Notes: a model not told the origin generated them from the sequence alone. Positions 31,026-40,968 are shown, counted from the stretch's first letter. The stretch: 64,000 nt of DNA from an uncultured Spirochaetota bacterium (GCA_963768055.1 CAVYGN010000002.1:1088001-1152000); one strand, 5' to 3'. Translations and numbers: made by a program.

Positions 31026-31853
31026 TTAAAATACCCTGAGTGTATAACCAACCTGCGCAATTAAACACAATTTACCCTCATAATTAGGATCTTCCAGATA
31101 AGTCCCGACGATCAGCACAGCATAAAAATCGCTGAATGGTTTAAGCTCAGGTTCAAAAATAAATACTGCCGATAATCTCTGGGATACATGTTTGGTGCTT
31201 GGAACATTCAGGTTGTAGTAATTTATACCGGCCGTGAAGGGTTTTACGATTTGATAGAGCAGGTATCCGTCGTTTATCCAGTAATAATCATTCGCATTTA
31301 GTATCGCGTCTGCATGCGGTTCATAATAATATCCGCTATAGTTGAGTTTGTACATATAGTTATAACTGTAAGTATCGGCGGCGATAAAATTCCCTAATTG
31401 CATCTTCAGCCTCGGGGCTGCGATTATCCACCACCCGGCCTGATTTAAGGTTTGAGCGTTCGCCTGGGCGGCGGGGCTGTAATCGGAGTTTGCATTGGAT
31501 TCAGTGAGAAATCCGTAACCCAGGGAGTTAAATGTATACTGGTAAGTCCCAATGAAAGTAAAATCAAAAAAAGCGATGGGCTCTATGAATCCGGTAACGC
31601 CTACAGCTTCATCCGAGGGTGTCAGCCAGTTTATAACTCCTGCGTCGATTTTTGAGGTTTTAAAGAGGATGTCGTCGCTTTTTATAAGGGGAAATTCATA
31701 GTAAAACTTTGTGTCGAGAAGGGCCCCCAACGGATTATACTCGCCTGCGAGGGACTGGTCGAGATACCATCCGCTTTGAGCAGCCTCTTGAGAGTAAACC
31801 ATCCCGGCGAGGAAAAGAATTAATACAAGAACGTATAAATTTACCTTCTTCAT
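31026..31853 (-). CDS. Exported protein, possible outer-membrane beta-barrel
   Basis: Signal peptide, aromatic amphipathic strands, C-terminal YTLRVF. Confidence 0.55.
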   Translation of the reverse strand: MKKVNLYVLVLILFLAGMVYSQEAAQSGWYLDQSLAGEYNPLGALLDTKFYYEFPLIKSDDILFKTSKIDAGVINWLTPSDEAVGVTGFIEPIAFFDFTFIGTYQYTFNSLGYGFLTESNANSDYSPAAQANAQTLNQAGWWIIAAPRLKMQLGNFIAADTYSYNYMYKLNYSGYYYEPHADAILNANDYYWINDGYLLYQIVKPFTAGINYYNLNVPSTKHVSQRLSAVFIFEPELKPFSDFYAVLIVGTYLEDPNYEGKLCLIAQVGYTLRVF

Positions 31854-32028
31854 GATAAAACCTCCAAAAATTTATATGAATATTGAAAATATCGGAAATT
31901 TTCATTTAAGATTGAAAAAATTTAAAAATAATCAATTTTATTGCATTAATATTGACAGTACAATTCTCCACAATATAATATTAAAAAACACAGTGCTATC
32001 ATGGAAACCGGAATCAAGGATTTTAAAA

Positions 32029-32964
32029 ATGAAGCATATTATTATCCTTATTCACATTGTTACATTATCGGTGGGTTTCGGTGCAATGTTGCTGTTTTTC
32101 ATAATTTATATTAAGAACAAAACGGAACTGCTCAGGCGTTATATGGTTTTCCTGCTCCTGTTCACAATTTACCTTATTATTAATTTTTTCAATGTTTACA
32201 ATTTAACCGTCATCAATAATCCGGGCCCGGGAATTTATATAATTACAAATACCTTCTATTTTATCTGGTTCGTGTTTTTTATATATCAAATCCCCCTTTT
32301 TATTCATGAACTCATAGGCGTCAGGATGAGTAAGCCGGAGAATTATTTGTTTCTCGGCATGTCGGTGCTTACTATTATATTGCTTGTTCTGCCTTTTGCA
32401 GTAAAGGCCGGGGGCCGTGAGATTCTGGACATGATGAGGTTCGAACTCAAGTTTGTATGCTATGCAATGTTTCTTATCGCTTTTCTCAACACAATCCTGC
32501 TAATCTGGGTTTACAGGCGGAGGATACAGCATGAAATCAACAGGAAGATCCTGAAAACGATTTTACTGATTTGCCTTATCTTTTTACCCGCATTTATAGC
32601 CGACCTTTTCGTCGAGAAATTCAGGATGACGCTTCAGGTCCTTAACTACGGCATCGATTTCGAAATAATTTTTTATCTTGTCTGGAATGTAATCAGCATA
32701 GTCTATATAATACAGTATTTAATAACAAAGATAACGGTTGTTCCCAGCGTCAGGCTATCGGAGGATTTTGTCAGGAAATATTCAATATCCGCAAAAGAAA
32801 AAGAGATTATTTCACTTATAGTTAAGGGTTATAACAATAAGCTGATAGCCGACTGTCTTTTTATAAGTTCCCAGACTGTAAAGAACCATATTTATAATAT
32901 ATACCAGAAAGCATCTGTTAACAGCCGTGCGGAACTTGTCAGCCTCCTGAATCAATATTTTTAA
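32029..32964 (+). CDS. Membrane-anchored (about 7 TM) LuxR-family transcriptional regulator
   Basis: Hydrophobic N-terminal region; C-terminal HTH ISAKEKEIISLIVKGYNNKLIADCLFISSQTVKNHIYNIYQK; start re-placed at ATG 32029. Confidence 0.9.
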   Translation: MKHIIILIHIVTLSVGFGAMLLFFIIYIKNKTELLRRYMVFLLLFTIYLIINFFNVYNLTVINNPGPGIYIITNTFYFIWFVFFIYQIPLFIHELIGVRMSKPENYLFLGMSVLTIILLVLPFAVKAGGREILDMMRFELKFVCYAMFLIAFLNTILLIWVYRRRIQHEINRKILKTILLICLIFLPAFIADLFVEKFRMTLQVLNYGIDFEIIFYLVWNVISIVYIIQYLITKITVVPSVRLSEDFVRKYSISAKEKEIISLIVKGYNNKLIADCLFISSQTVKNHIYNIYQKASVNSRAELVSLLNQYF

Positions 32965-33128
32965 GGACACTTTTAAAAACCTCTTTAAGGTAATGCCCAT
33001 CGGGCGATCATTAGAAAATTAGAATTCTAATTGTTAATCACATGGATAGTTTTTTTAGAACCGCCCATAATACGATTCCCTCCAAAAACTCTAATTAACA
33101 CTTTATTGTCACAAAAAACCTAAAAAAG

Positions 33129-33193
33129 TACCGGAGTACTATCAAAATGTTACCGGAGTACTATTGACCCCCGGGGACGGCAGGCGTGATAAT
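33129..33193 (+). promoter_or_regulatory. Two perfect 14-bp direct repeats abutting a sigma70-like promoter
   Basis: TACCGGAGTACTAT at 33129 and 33151 (22-bp period); TTGACC 33164-33169, GATAAT 33188-33193. Confidence 0.7.
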
Positions 33194-33225
33194 TTTGACG
33201 GTTAAAATATTTTGGGAGGAATGCC

Positions 33226-33381
33226 ATGGAAAAGCGGTATGATTCGGAAAGGTTCATTAAAGTCCCGGTGCGTGAGCTCCTGAAAAGTTTCAGGCCTATA
33301 AACCTTGGTGAATTGAAAGGCCCTATGTTCCAATGTTTAAATATCGGAATTTTTACAGGGCTTGGAACTGTCAAAGCTTAG
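33226..33381 (+). CDS. Unannotated 51-aa peptide MEKRYDSERFIKVPVRELLKSFRPINLGELKGPMFQCLNIGIFTGLGTVKA
   Basis: SD GGGAGGA 5 nt upstream; open frame ending in TAG 19 nt before the next gene's ATG. Confidence 0.7.
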   Translation: MEKRYDSERFIKVPVRELLKSFRPINLGELKGPMFQCLNIGIFTGLGTVKA

Positions 33382-33400
33382 CGGTATCCGGAGCGGGCCG

Positions 33401-34540
33401 ATGAGACCTTCTTTGTTTGTTTTAAGCCTCTGGATAGAAATTTTCGGGATTTTTTGCTATCTCAGAGCTTTATTAAAAAAAAAACTGAGAGTGAAGATTC
33501 CGGGAGCAGAGGGCGGAGAGCGGCCGGAACCGATTGAGCTAAAGGATATGCTCCGGACGATCAGGGTTATGAAGGGTACTATGGCGGGAGAGGACGAGAG
33601 TCTTGGAGCTCTAAAAAAAATGGTGCAGAAACAGCTGTATCTTTCAACTGTTGAGTTCTCCGTATATTTTTTTGCTCTCCGTCATCCCCGTCTTTTTTTG
33701 ATTTATGTTTCAAAGCTGCTCTTTAAAAAATATGAGGATCTTTTCAGAAATAGCTGGAAAGAGGGCGGGAGATTATTTTTCGTACATAATTTTATTGGAG
33801 GCAAGACGGCGATACTAAGCCTTATTTCGGGGTTTATTAATAAAGGGATCAAGTCGATTGTTTTCGTAGATGAAGCGGTCTTCCTGCTTATGAAAAAAAT
33901 GTACGGTGTTATCCTGAAAAGCATTGGGATTGAAGAAAAAGATCATCCCCTTCCGGAAATGGAAATATTCTCTATAAAGGGAAAATTTTTCATGGAATAT
34001 TTCGGGCCTGCCAGCTCCCAAAGCGAAATAATTTTCCTGAACAGCAGGAAAAAAGAAAACCTTAAGAGGGCGCTGGATTATATTAATAAAAATAGTTACA
34101 ACCTTGTAATGATCCCTGAAACTGCCGCTGGCGGAAAAAAAAAGATGCTCGTTAAGTTTTTAGGCAAGGATCTTTTAATTCCCGGGAGTATAGAACCCCT
34201 GTTGAAGGAGGCTGCTTTTTTAATCTCCATCATCCCCGATGCTTCCGAAAACCTGATGCAGCCGGAATTTAAAATTAAGGAATACGAGACCGGGCCGGGA
34301 ACTGAGGCATCTGTTTTGATGCAGTCCGTGCTGAAAAGGTGCGAGAATCTTGCTTTCGTTAGGCCGGAATTATACCTTCCATTTAATTTTCCCTCGATGT
34401 GGAACAATCTTTTCCCTTATGAGAAAGAGGAAAATACGTCAATAATCGATGTCCTTCCCTGGAGGGAAAAATGCCTGATCCTGCTTTCCGACGGGCAATT
34501 CCTGATAGGAAGCAGGGGTAAGCTCAAGGAAATTATTTGA
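33401..34540 (+). CDS. Divergent LpxL/LPLAT-fold acyltransferase-like protein
   Basis: LFFVHNF, NLVMIPE, VKFLGK...PG and ENLAFVRPELY correspond in order to the lipid A acyltransferase blocks; start re-placed at ATG 33401 (GGAG). Confidence 0.5.
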   Translation: MRPSLFVLSLWIEIFGIFCYLRALLKKKLRVKIPGAEGGERPEPIELKDMLRTIRVMKGTMAGEDESLGALKKMVQKQLYLSTVEFSVYFFALRHPRLFLIYVSKLLFKKYEDLFRNSWKEGGRLFFVHNFIGGKTAILSLISGFINKGIKSIVFVDEAVFLLMKKMYGVILKSIGIEEKDHPLPEMEIFSIKGKFFMEYFGPASSQSEIIFLNSRKKENLKRALDYINKNSYNLVMIPETAAGGKKKMLVKFLGKDLLIPGSIEPLLKEAAFLISIIPDASENLMQPEFKIKEYETGPGTEASVLMQSVLKRCENLAFVRPELYLPFNFPSMWNNLFPYEKEENTSIIDVLPWREKCLILLSDGQFLIGSRGKLKEII

Positions 34541-34644
34541 ATATGGATGAATAATCTATACTTTTCAAGCGCGCGGATTGCCGATAACCCCAATCCCCAA
34601 AAACCCCATCCGGCAATCCGTGCTCCTTTTTATTATGAAAAGGT

Positions 34645-34735
34645 TGTCATTTCGAGCATAGCGTTTATCCCGCCTTGGCGGGGAGAAATCTTCCCCAGGG
34701 CAAGATTTCTCGTCGCTGCACTCCTCGAAATGACA
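34645..34735. repeat. REP/MITE-like palindromic element with a nested mini-hairpin
   Basis: TGTCATTTCGAG...CTCGAAATGACA termini, inner GAGAAATCTT/AAGATTTCTC, internal CCCGCC-TT-GGCGGG. Confidence 0.8.
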
Positions 34736-34801
34736 TAACCGGAGAAAATCATAAAGAAGCTGGTATTTGCTTGAAAGGCCTTGGTATATTTTAAGGATGA
34801 G

Positions 34802-35986
34802 TTATTTTGAATATTGAATAACTTTAACGACTTCGATGACTTTTGTATCCGAATATCCCAGGGATATCATTTTTTTTGCGAGTTCCCTGGCGTCTCCAAG
34901 GTCCTTGATCCCTCTGATCTCGGCAATGTACATATCATTTCTATAAAAAACCCCGAGGGGAATATTCTGGCCGCTTTTAACTATGTCGGCGGCTGCGAGG
35001 TTTGCGACGCTAAGGTCCTTGAATTCCCCTATTCTGACTACATATTCCTGAAAGTCCGATCTGATCAGGTTGTCGTTAGCTCCTTCCGATTCCTCCGAGA
35101 TATTCTCGGCATGCTTTTCAAGTTTATCAAGGACCGTCAAAGTCTGGTTCTGGTAAGGAATGTCAACCGGTGTTGTAAAAGCGTCTGCGATCCATCGGAC
35201 CTCATCGGTTTTATTTATATTATTCTTAATAAAATAGTCAAAATATACTCCGGACATTGAAGCCTCGGGAGAAAGGGGAAATGTTGTTTTCAACATTGAA
35301 AATATATAAAGTGATTTTTCAAAATGGCCTGCGATGTCATTTCTATAAAAATAAGATTTACCGGCATAGTAAAGCGCCCTTGCACCATTGTCGAAAGCCC
35401 ATTTCTTAAGCTTCAGGGCCTGTTCTATAAGTCCCTGGGCTTCGGTATATTTTTCTTCGTCAAGGAGACACTTAATCAGAATGATAAATCCCTTATAAGC
35501 CAGTGCGCTGTCTTTGGTCTGTTGAAGGAGCTTATTTGCATATCCCTTGGCCTTGTCCCTGAAGCCGTTTGAAGAATAAATAAGAGAGAGCATATAATAA
35601 GACCTGTCGGATGAGATTTTCATATACTCATTAATGGCCGCGGTCTGATTGTCCATTATATAAAAAATGTCGGCAAGCTTTTCCACGGCGTTGGTCCAGT
35701 ACTGGAAATCCGGGTATTTTTCTTTGATAATGCTGAGGTAATCTATTATCTTGATATAGTCCGTTTCGATAAAAGAAAGCATGTAAACGGAATAGGGTAC
35801 GTATTTTGAAGACGGGAATTCGTTGATAAGCTGGAGATAGCTATTGCGGGCTTCTTCATAATTCTTGAATTTGTACAGATCATTGGCTTCTTTATATACA
35901 ATGTAAGCCTGTACGTCATTTGTCGCTTCCGAATAAACAAGCCCGGATAAAACGATAAGCAGAACTGTAAGGAGGTATTTTTTCAT
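34802..35986 (-). CDS. Exported TPR protein with C-terminal SPOR-like domain
   Basis: Signal peptide, TPR-like YEEARNSYLQLINEFPSS, C-terminal YVVRIGEFKD. Confidence 0.65.
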   Translation of the reverse strand: MKKYLLTVLLIVLSGLVYSEATNDVQAYIVYKEANDLYKFKNYEEARNSYLQLINEFPSSKYVPYSVYMLSFIETDYIKIIDYLSIIKEKYPDFQYWTNAVEKLADIFYIMDNQTAAINEYMKISSDRSYYMLSLIYSSNGFRDKAKGYANKLLQQTKDSALAYKGFIILIKCLLDEEKYTEAQGLIEQALKLKKWAFDNGARALYYAGKSYFYRNDIAGHFEKSLYIFSMLKTTFPLSPEASMSGVYFDYFIKNNINKTDEVRWIADAFTTPVDIPYQNQTLTVLDKLEKHAENISEESEGANDNLIRSDFQEYVVRIGEFKDLSVANLAAADIVKSGQNIPLGVFYRNDMYIAEIRGIKDLGDARELAKKMISLGYSDTKVIEVVKVIQYSK

Positions 35987-36056
35987 GAAGAGGCCTCATA
36001 AAATAAGATCGATCGATAGATATATCGGAACAAAATCCCCTTTTATTAATGAGGCC

Positions 36057-36485
36057 CTACAGGCTGTAAAGATCCTTAGCTTCGATGAAATTAATTTCCT
36101 TATTTTTTAATTTTTCCAGTACAAGTTTATTATTATCGAATCGGAAGATCATGATCGCCTTATCAGGCAGTTTACCGAGGAAAGCATACATGTATTCGAT
36201 ATTGATATGATTTTCATCGAAGATGCCGAGGATTTTCGCAAGCCCCCCGGGCCTGTCGTCAACCTCGATCGCGAGTACGTCGGTAGCCGAGACCGTATAA
36301 TTTTCTTTCTTCAGGATATCAATAGCCCTGTCCGGGTCATTGATTATGAGCCTGAGAATTCCGAAATCCGAAGTATCGGCTATCGACAGCGCCCTTATGT
36401 TCAGGCTGTTCTTTGCCAGCAGGCGACTTACCTCGTAGAGCCTGCCCGCGCGGTTTTCTAAAAAAATAGAAACCTGTTTAACCAT
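36057..36485 (-). CDS. ACT-domain protein (PaaK-associated)
   Basis: KQVSIFLENRAGRL, NIRALSIADTSDFGILR, DRPGGL, INIEYMYAF. Confidence 0.9.
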   Translation of the reverse strand: MVKQVSIFLENRAGRLYEVSRLLAKNSLNIRALSIADTSDFGILRLIINDPDRAIDILKKENYTVSATDVLAIEVDDRPGGLAKILGIFDENHINIEYMYAFLGKLPDKAIMIFRFDNNKLVLEKLKNKEINFIEAKDLYSL

Positions 36486-36526
36486 TTTAGCCTCCTTTTA
36501 AATTAATAAGGCGCTAATTTAATCAA

Positions 36527-37843
36527 TCATATCCGCCTTTTGTCTACGATCCTTTTCGCTTTACCCTCGCTCCGTTCCACTGTGAGGGGTTCCACGAGTT
36601 TAACCCTTACGGAAATGCCAAGCACATTCTCTATCTCATCCCTGATCTTTTTCTCGCTTTGCTCGAGGCCCTTGATCTCGTCTGAAAACACTTTCTGGTT
36701 CACTTCTACCATGACAGTCAATATGTCGAGATTATGTTCCCTCTCTACGATAAGCTGATAGTGTGGAGACACTTCCTCTATTTTAACGAGAACTTCCTCA
36801 ATCTGAGACGGGAAGACATTTATTCCGCGAATGATAAGCATATCGTCGGACCTGCCCATTATCCTGTCTATGCGGGGGTGTGTCCTTCCGCAGGGGCATT
36901 CTCCGGGGATAAAGCTTGTCAGGTCCCTTGTCCTGTACCTTATAAGGGGGATGCCTTTTTTAGTGAGAGTGGTTATTACAAGTTCGCCCTTCTGGCCCAG
37001 TTTTGCCGGTAATCCGGTTTGAGGGTCGATAATTTCAGGATAAAAATGATCATCGAATATATGCAAACCGTTCTGCTCGAGGCATTCGTTCGCAACGCCG
37101 GGGCCGATTATTTCAGAAAGACCGTAAATGTTGAGGGCTTTTATAGGCAGGCGTTTTTCGATTTCTTTGCGCATGGCCTGCGACCACGGCTCCGCTCCGA
37201 AGACGCCGAACCTGAGCTTCAGTTTTTTCTTATCGATTCCCTTTTTCTCGATTTCTTCAGCAAGATAAAGGGAATACGAAGGGGTGCAGGTAATTATATC
37301 TGTGCCGAAGTCTTCAAGAATGAGTATCTGCCTGGCCGTGTTTCCCCCGGAAATGGGAATTACACTTGCGCCGATTTTTTCAACACCATAATGTATCCCG
37401 AGTCCTCCGGTGAAAAGCCCATATCCGTAAGCATTTTGAACGATCGAATGCTTTGTAACACCGGATGCGGTAAGTGACCGCGCCATGACCTCCGACCATA
37501 TATCGATATCTTCTTTTGTATAGCCTACAACTGTCGGTTTTCCTGTTGTGCCGCTCGAAGCATGAATCCTTACAATCTTTTCCAGAGGTACGCTGAATAA
37601 ACCGTAAGGGTAATTATCCCTGAGATCGGCTTTTGTGGTGAAAGGCAGGTTTTGAATATCCTCGATTTTCCTGATATCGCCGGGCTTGATCTTCATCTCG
37701 TTAATTTTCCTGGTGTAGAAAGGAACGTTTTCATAAACATAAGAAATCAGTTCTTTAAGACGGTAAAGCTGAAGAGAAATCCTGGTATCAGGATCCATCG
37801 TTTCCATTTCAGTATTCCAAATAGGGTAGGGGAATTTCTGCAT
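36527..37843 (-). CDS. paaK: Phenylacetate-CoA ligase family protein
   Basis: [43 protein letters not shown]. Confidence 0.92.
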   Translation of the reverse strand: MQKFPYPIWNTEMETMDPDTRISLQLYRLKELISYVYENVPFYTRKINEMKIKPGDIRKIEDIQNLPFTTKADLRDNYPYGLFSVPLEKIVRIHASSGTTGKPTVVGYTKEDIDIWSEVMARSLTASGVTKHSIVQNAYGYGLFTGGLGIHYGVEKIGASVIPISGGNTARQILILEDFGTDIITCTPSYSLYLAEEIEKKGIDKKKLKLRFGVFGAEPWSQAMRKEIEKRLPIKALNIYGLSEIIGPGVANECLEQNGLHIFDDHFYPEIIDPQTGLPAKLGQKGELVITTLTKKGIPLIRYRTRDLTSFIPGECPCGRTHPRIDRIMGRSDDMLIIRGINVFPSQIEEVLVKIEEVSPHYQLIVEREHNLDILTVMVEVNQKVFSDEIKGLEQSEKKIRDEIENVLGISVRVKLVEPLTVERSEGKAKRIVDKRRI

Positions 37844-37886
37844 AAAAACCTCCTTACAGGACATTCTTTATTATTAGCGCCATTCA

Positions 37887-38771
37887 TTAATTACGAAGGG
37901 CATTATATATTTTTATTGTCGCCTGAGATTTGTTCAACGTGTAAAAATGAAGACCCCTGACTTTATTAGAGAGAAGATTGCTGCATTGTTCGATTGCAAA
38001 TTCAACTCCGATATTTTCTACTTCGTAAGGTTTATCCTTATATTTTTCCATTTTTGAAGCTATATCTGCAGGCAGGACAGCATTGCACATGATGAAAAAA
38101 CGTTGAATCTGGCTGAAGTTTGTTACCGGCATGATCCCCGGAATGATCGGGATATTTATTCCCCGTTTAAAACACCGTTCGGCGAAATCATAATAGTCGT
38201 TGTTATTAAAAAAGAGCTGGGTAATACCGAATTCCATCCCCGCATCTACTTTTATTTCAAGATTTGACATTTCTTCTTCCCAATTTTTAGATTCGGGATG
38301 CCTGCCCGTATAAACAGCGCCTCCAATTGAAAAATAATCGTTGAAGTTTTCTTTGATAAGCAGCATCAGGTCGGATGCGTGAGGGATCTCGTCATTATCC
38401 GGATCGGTAGTATTTCCGAAAGGCCTGTCCCCCCTGAGAGCCATAATATTATCGATCCCTGCATCCACATATACTTTCAGAATATCAAGGAGCTCTTTTT
38501 TGGTGTGGGCGACCGAGGTCAGGTGAGCCATAACATTCAGCCTTTCCTCGCGGGCAATGGCGGTTAATACCTTTATCGTGGAATCGCGGCTGCTGCCGCC
38601 GGCCCCGTAAGTTACGGATATGAATGAAGGTTTAAGCTCTTCGAGCCTTTTCAGGTTTGAAAACAGCTCGATTTCCCCTCCATGGGTCTTGGGCGGAAAA
38701 AACTCGAAAGAGGTAGTAAAATTACTTTTCAGTATTTCGCTTATTTTCACCAGAAAATCTCCATTTTCCAT
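37887..38771 (-). CDS. metF: 5,10-methylenetetrahydrofolate reductase
   Basis: SFEFFPPK, SVTYGAGG, ALRGD, ITQLFF, HFYTLN. Confidence 0.96.
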   Translation of the reverse strand: MENGDFLVKISEILKSNFTTSFEFFPPKTHGGEIELFSNLKRLEELKPSFISVTYGAGGSSRDSTIKVLTAIAREERLNVMAHLTSVAHTKKELLDILKVYVDAGIDNIMALRGDRPFGNTTDPDNDEIPHASDLMLLIKENFNDYFSIGGAVYTGRHPESKNWEEEMSNLEIKVDAGMEFGITQLFFNNNDYYDFAERCFKRGINIPIIPGIMPVTNFSQIQRFFIMCNAVLPADIASKMEKYKDKPYEVENIGVEFAIEQCSNLLSNKVRGLHFYTLNKSQATIKIYNALRN

Positions 38772-39329
38772 TCAGGCCTTTTTTATAGAAATTTTAATAG
38801 AATCATCCCCGGAATTTATTCGATAATTGCCCGGTCCGATTCCCTTAAATTCGATCTCATCTTTATCAGACTTTTTAGAAAACAGGGGAAGACGGTCTCC
38901 CATTCTTTTTATCTCCGTTGGCTGATTTTTGAGGCCCGGCGACTTAATGCTAATCCGGCATTTGCCGCTGTCTCCAGCCTGGACTCCGATTTCAATGTTT
39001 ATTGTCCCGGCAGAACAAATGGCCTTATATACAGCGGGTTTCCCGCTTCTGGTATTTGCGAGAGGCATAAGGCGGGTTTCAACCGAGGGAGAGAATGCGC
39101 TTTCGACCGATCCGTTACGAATTTTAACAATCAGCGAAAGTTCCCGTCTGGCCTTTACAGCGGTGTAAGCGTCGATCCTGGCGTTCAAGCGGTTCAACTC
39201 TGTAATTTCCCCGATGCAATCGCCGCATTTACTGAGATGATCTTCTATAATTTCAAACCTGGATGACTTCCCGTCAAGATAGAGGAGCATTTCATTTTCG
39301 GAAAAATTCCCGCATCCGAAAGCCATCAT
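38772..39329 (-). CDS. Zinc-finger (zf-HC2) anti-sigma-like protein
   Basis: HLSKCGDC; overlaps the stop of the upstream sigma-like gene; soluble beta-rich C-terminus. Confidence 0.7.
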   Translation of the reverse strand: MMAFGCGNFSENEMLLYLDGKSSRFEIIEDHLSKCGDCIGEITELNRLNARIDAYTAVKARRELSLIVKIRNGSVESAFSPSVETRLMPLANTRSGKPAVYKAICSAGTINIEIGVQAGDSGKCRISIKSPGLKNQPTEIKRMGDRLPLFSKKSDKDEIEFKGIGPGNYRINSGDDSIKISIKKA

Positions 39330-40192
39330 AACCTCCTTCCACGGGTATTCATTTTATACATTATGACCATTTTAAGCTTTTTCTTTGACTCCGCGAGGTG
39401 TCTTTTAGCCCTTACGATATTTTCGAAAAGCGGGGCGAAAACGGTAAACAGGTTTTTGTCCGGGGATTCCATATCCCTTATTTTCCTTGTTTTAGCTGCT
39501 TCATACCGCGCGATCCTCCATAATAGGCGGCTACGCTGCTCTCCTGAATTATTCCTGTAAAGCCTGTATTTCAGGTCCCTCAGGATAGAATTTATATAAG
39601 TTATTTTGGAGGCCGACAGCCGGGCTCTCTCGGTTTCATCGGAGCGGGCTTTAATCAGGTTAGCCTGAACAGCAAGAATTTCCCTGATTGTCAGATGAAA
39701 AACTTTCGAAGAGGCCAGGATTTCATCCGAAGTTATAGAAAGAGGCATATAAAAGAACTTAAGCGACAGCCTCTCGATCTCCCGGAGGTTCTGCAAGCAT
39801 TCATGCAGGAATGAATAATCCCTCCCCTCGGTTTCAAACACCTCCGCGGCTGTTTCGTTTTCATGATCCTCAATTCTCAGGTCATGTATGGCCTGCTTCT
39901 TTTGAAAGCGCATGAAATGTGAAAACTGATTCCTGAGGACATAGTTGAACCAGGTTTTAAAAAGAAGGTCCTCTTCCAGCGGGAAATTTTTTATAACACC
40001 TTCAAGCCTTTCAATCATATATATGTAAAATTCGGAGCATGTATCCATGTCTTTCCTGTAAGCCGCGCGGGGGAAATTATATATGTACATATCAGTAAGT
40101 TTTTTAAATTCGGTCATGCTGCGTGAAGAAGCTTCTCCGCCGCCTAAGTAATCGGAGATAGCGCTTTTTATCTTTATGTCGTTCAGGTCCAT
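39326..40192 (-). CDS. Atypical sigma-70/ECF-like factor
   Basis: Region-2-like FKTWFNYVLRN; region-4-like LQNLREIERLSLKFFY; paired with a zf-HC2 gene. Confidence 0.65.
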   Translation of the reverse strand: MDLNDIKIKSAISDYLGGGEASSRSMTEFKKLTDMYIYNFPRAAYRKDMDTCSEFYIYMIERLEGVIKNFPLEEDLLFKTWFNYVLRNQFSHFMRFQKKQAIHDLRIEDHENETAAEVFETEGRDYSFLHECLQNLREIERLSLKFFYMPLSITSDEILASSKVFHLTIREILAVQANLIKARSDETERARLSASKITYINSILRDLKYRLYRNNSGEQRSRLLWRIARYEAAKTRKIRDMESPDKNLFTVFAPLFENIVRAKRHLAESKKKLKMVIMYKMNTRGRRL

Positions 40193-40257
40193 GGAACCCT
40201 CCATTAACGGCGACATTATTTTAGGCAAAAGGATAGGAAAATGCAAGTAAGATTTTA

Positions 40258-40286
40258 TTGAAATCCGGGTTCTTTTTTATTATAAT
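40258..40286 (+). promoter_or_regulatory. sigma70 promoter
   Basis: TTGAAA-17 bp-TATAAT. Confidence 0.75.
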
Positions 40287-40293
40287 AACCTCT

Positions 40294-40968
40294 ATGAAAG
40301 ACAGTCCTTTTCAGCGTTTCCTCAACGGCTTCATATTTATATTCACAAATTATACATGGAGTTTTGTCATAATTATCAGCCTGACGATAATAAGCAGCGC
40401 TTTTTCAATCCATTACCTCAATATGCTGGAAAGCGAGTTCGACCAGATTTTTCAATACGATATTGCCGGAAGGACCAATATCAAGGACGCTTATTCCATG
40501 ATTTTGAAAATAGACAGTGCGCTTAAAGATCTAAGGATAAACAAAGATGATCCGGACAGGGAACAAACCCTTGACATTATAACCTCGAATACGATTATCG
40601 TAACTAATTTGGTCGAGAAAACCGGGTGGAGGTTTGAAAAACAGACTGAAAGAAAAATTTATATTACGGCAAAACAGGACCTGTCGGATTTTATCGAGAT
40701 AATTAATTCAAAGGTCATCGAACTAAAGAATAATAATGAAATCGACGATGAATTTTTATACCGTCTCAGATCGGTGGAAGACAGGCTGCTTTCGGATTTT
40801 AATTCCCTTGTTTCTATAAAAAGGAATTCCATCGGAAGGGTTTTCGGAAATATCAAGCTTCAGCTTGAAACCTCCCTTATTTTAACCTCCCTGTTGCTGA
40901 TCCTTACCATACTAATACGCGCTATTATGTATTTTAACGGCAGAAAAAAGAAAAATGACTGCAAATGA
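40294..40968 (+). CDS. Two-TM protein with four-helix-bundle (MCP-like) sensor domain and no output domain
   Basis: TM-helical periplasmic region-TM, then a short basic tail. Confidence 0.6.
   Translation: MKDSPFQRFLNGFIFIFTNYTWSFVIIISLTIISSAFSIHYLNMLESEFDQIFQYDIAGRTNIKDAYSMILKIDSALKDLRINKDDPDREQTLDIITSNTIIVTNLVEKTGWRFEKQTERKIYITAKQDLSDFIEIINSKVIELKNNNEIDDEFLYRLRSVEDRLLSDFNSLVSIKRNSIGRVFGNIKLQLETSLILTSLLLILTILIRAIMYFNGRKKKNDCK

Noticed and set aside
34547..34738. 63-aa ORF after the acyltransferase-like gene
   Set aside because: Half of it is the palindromic repeat element, and it has no clear SD
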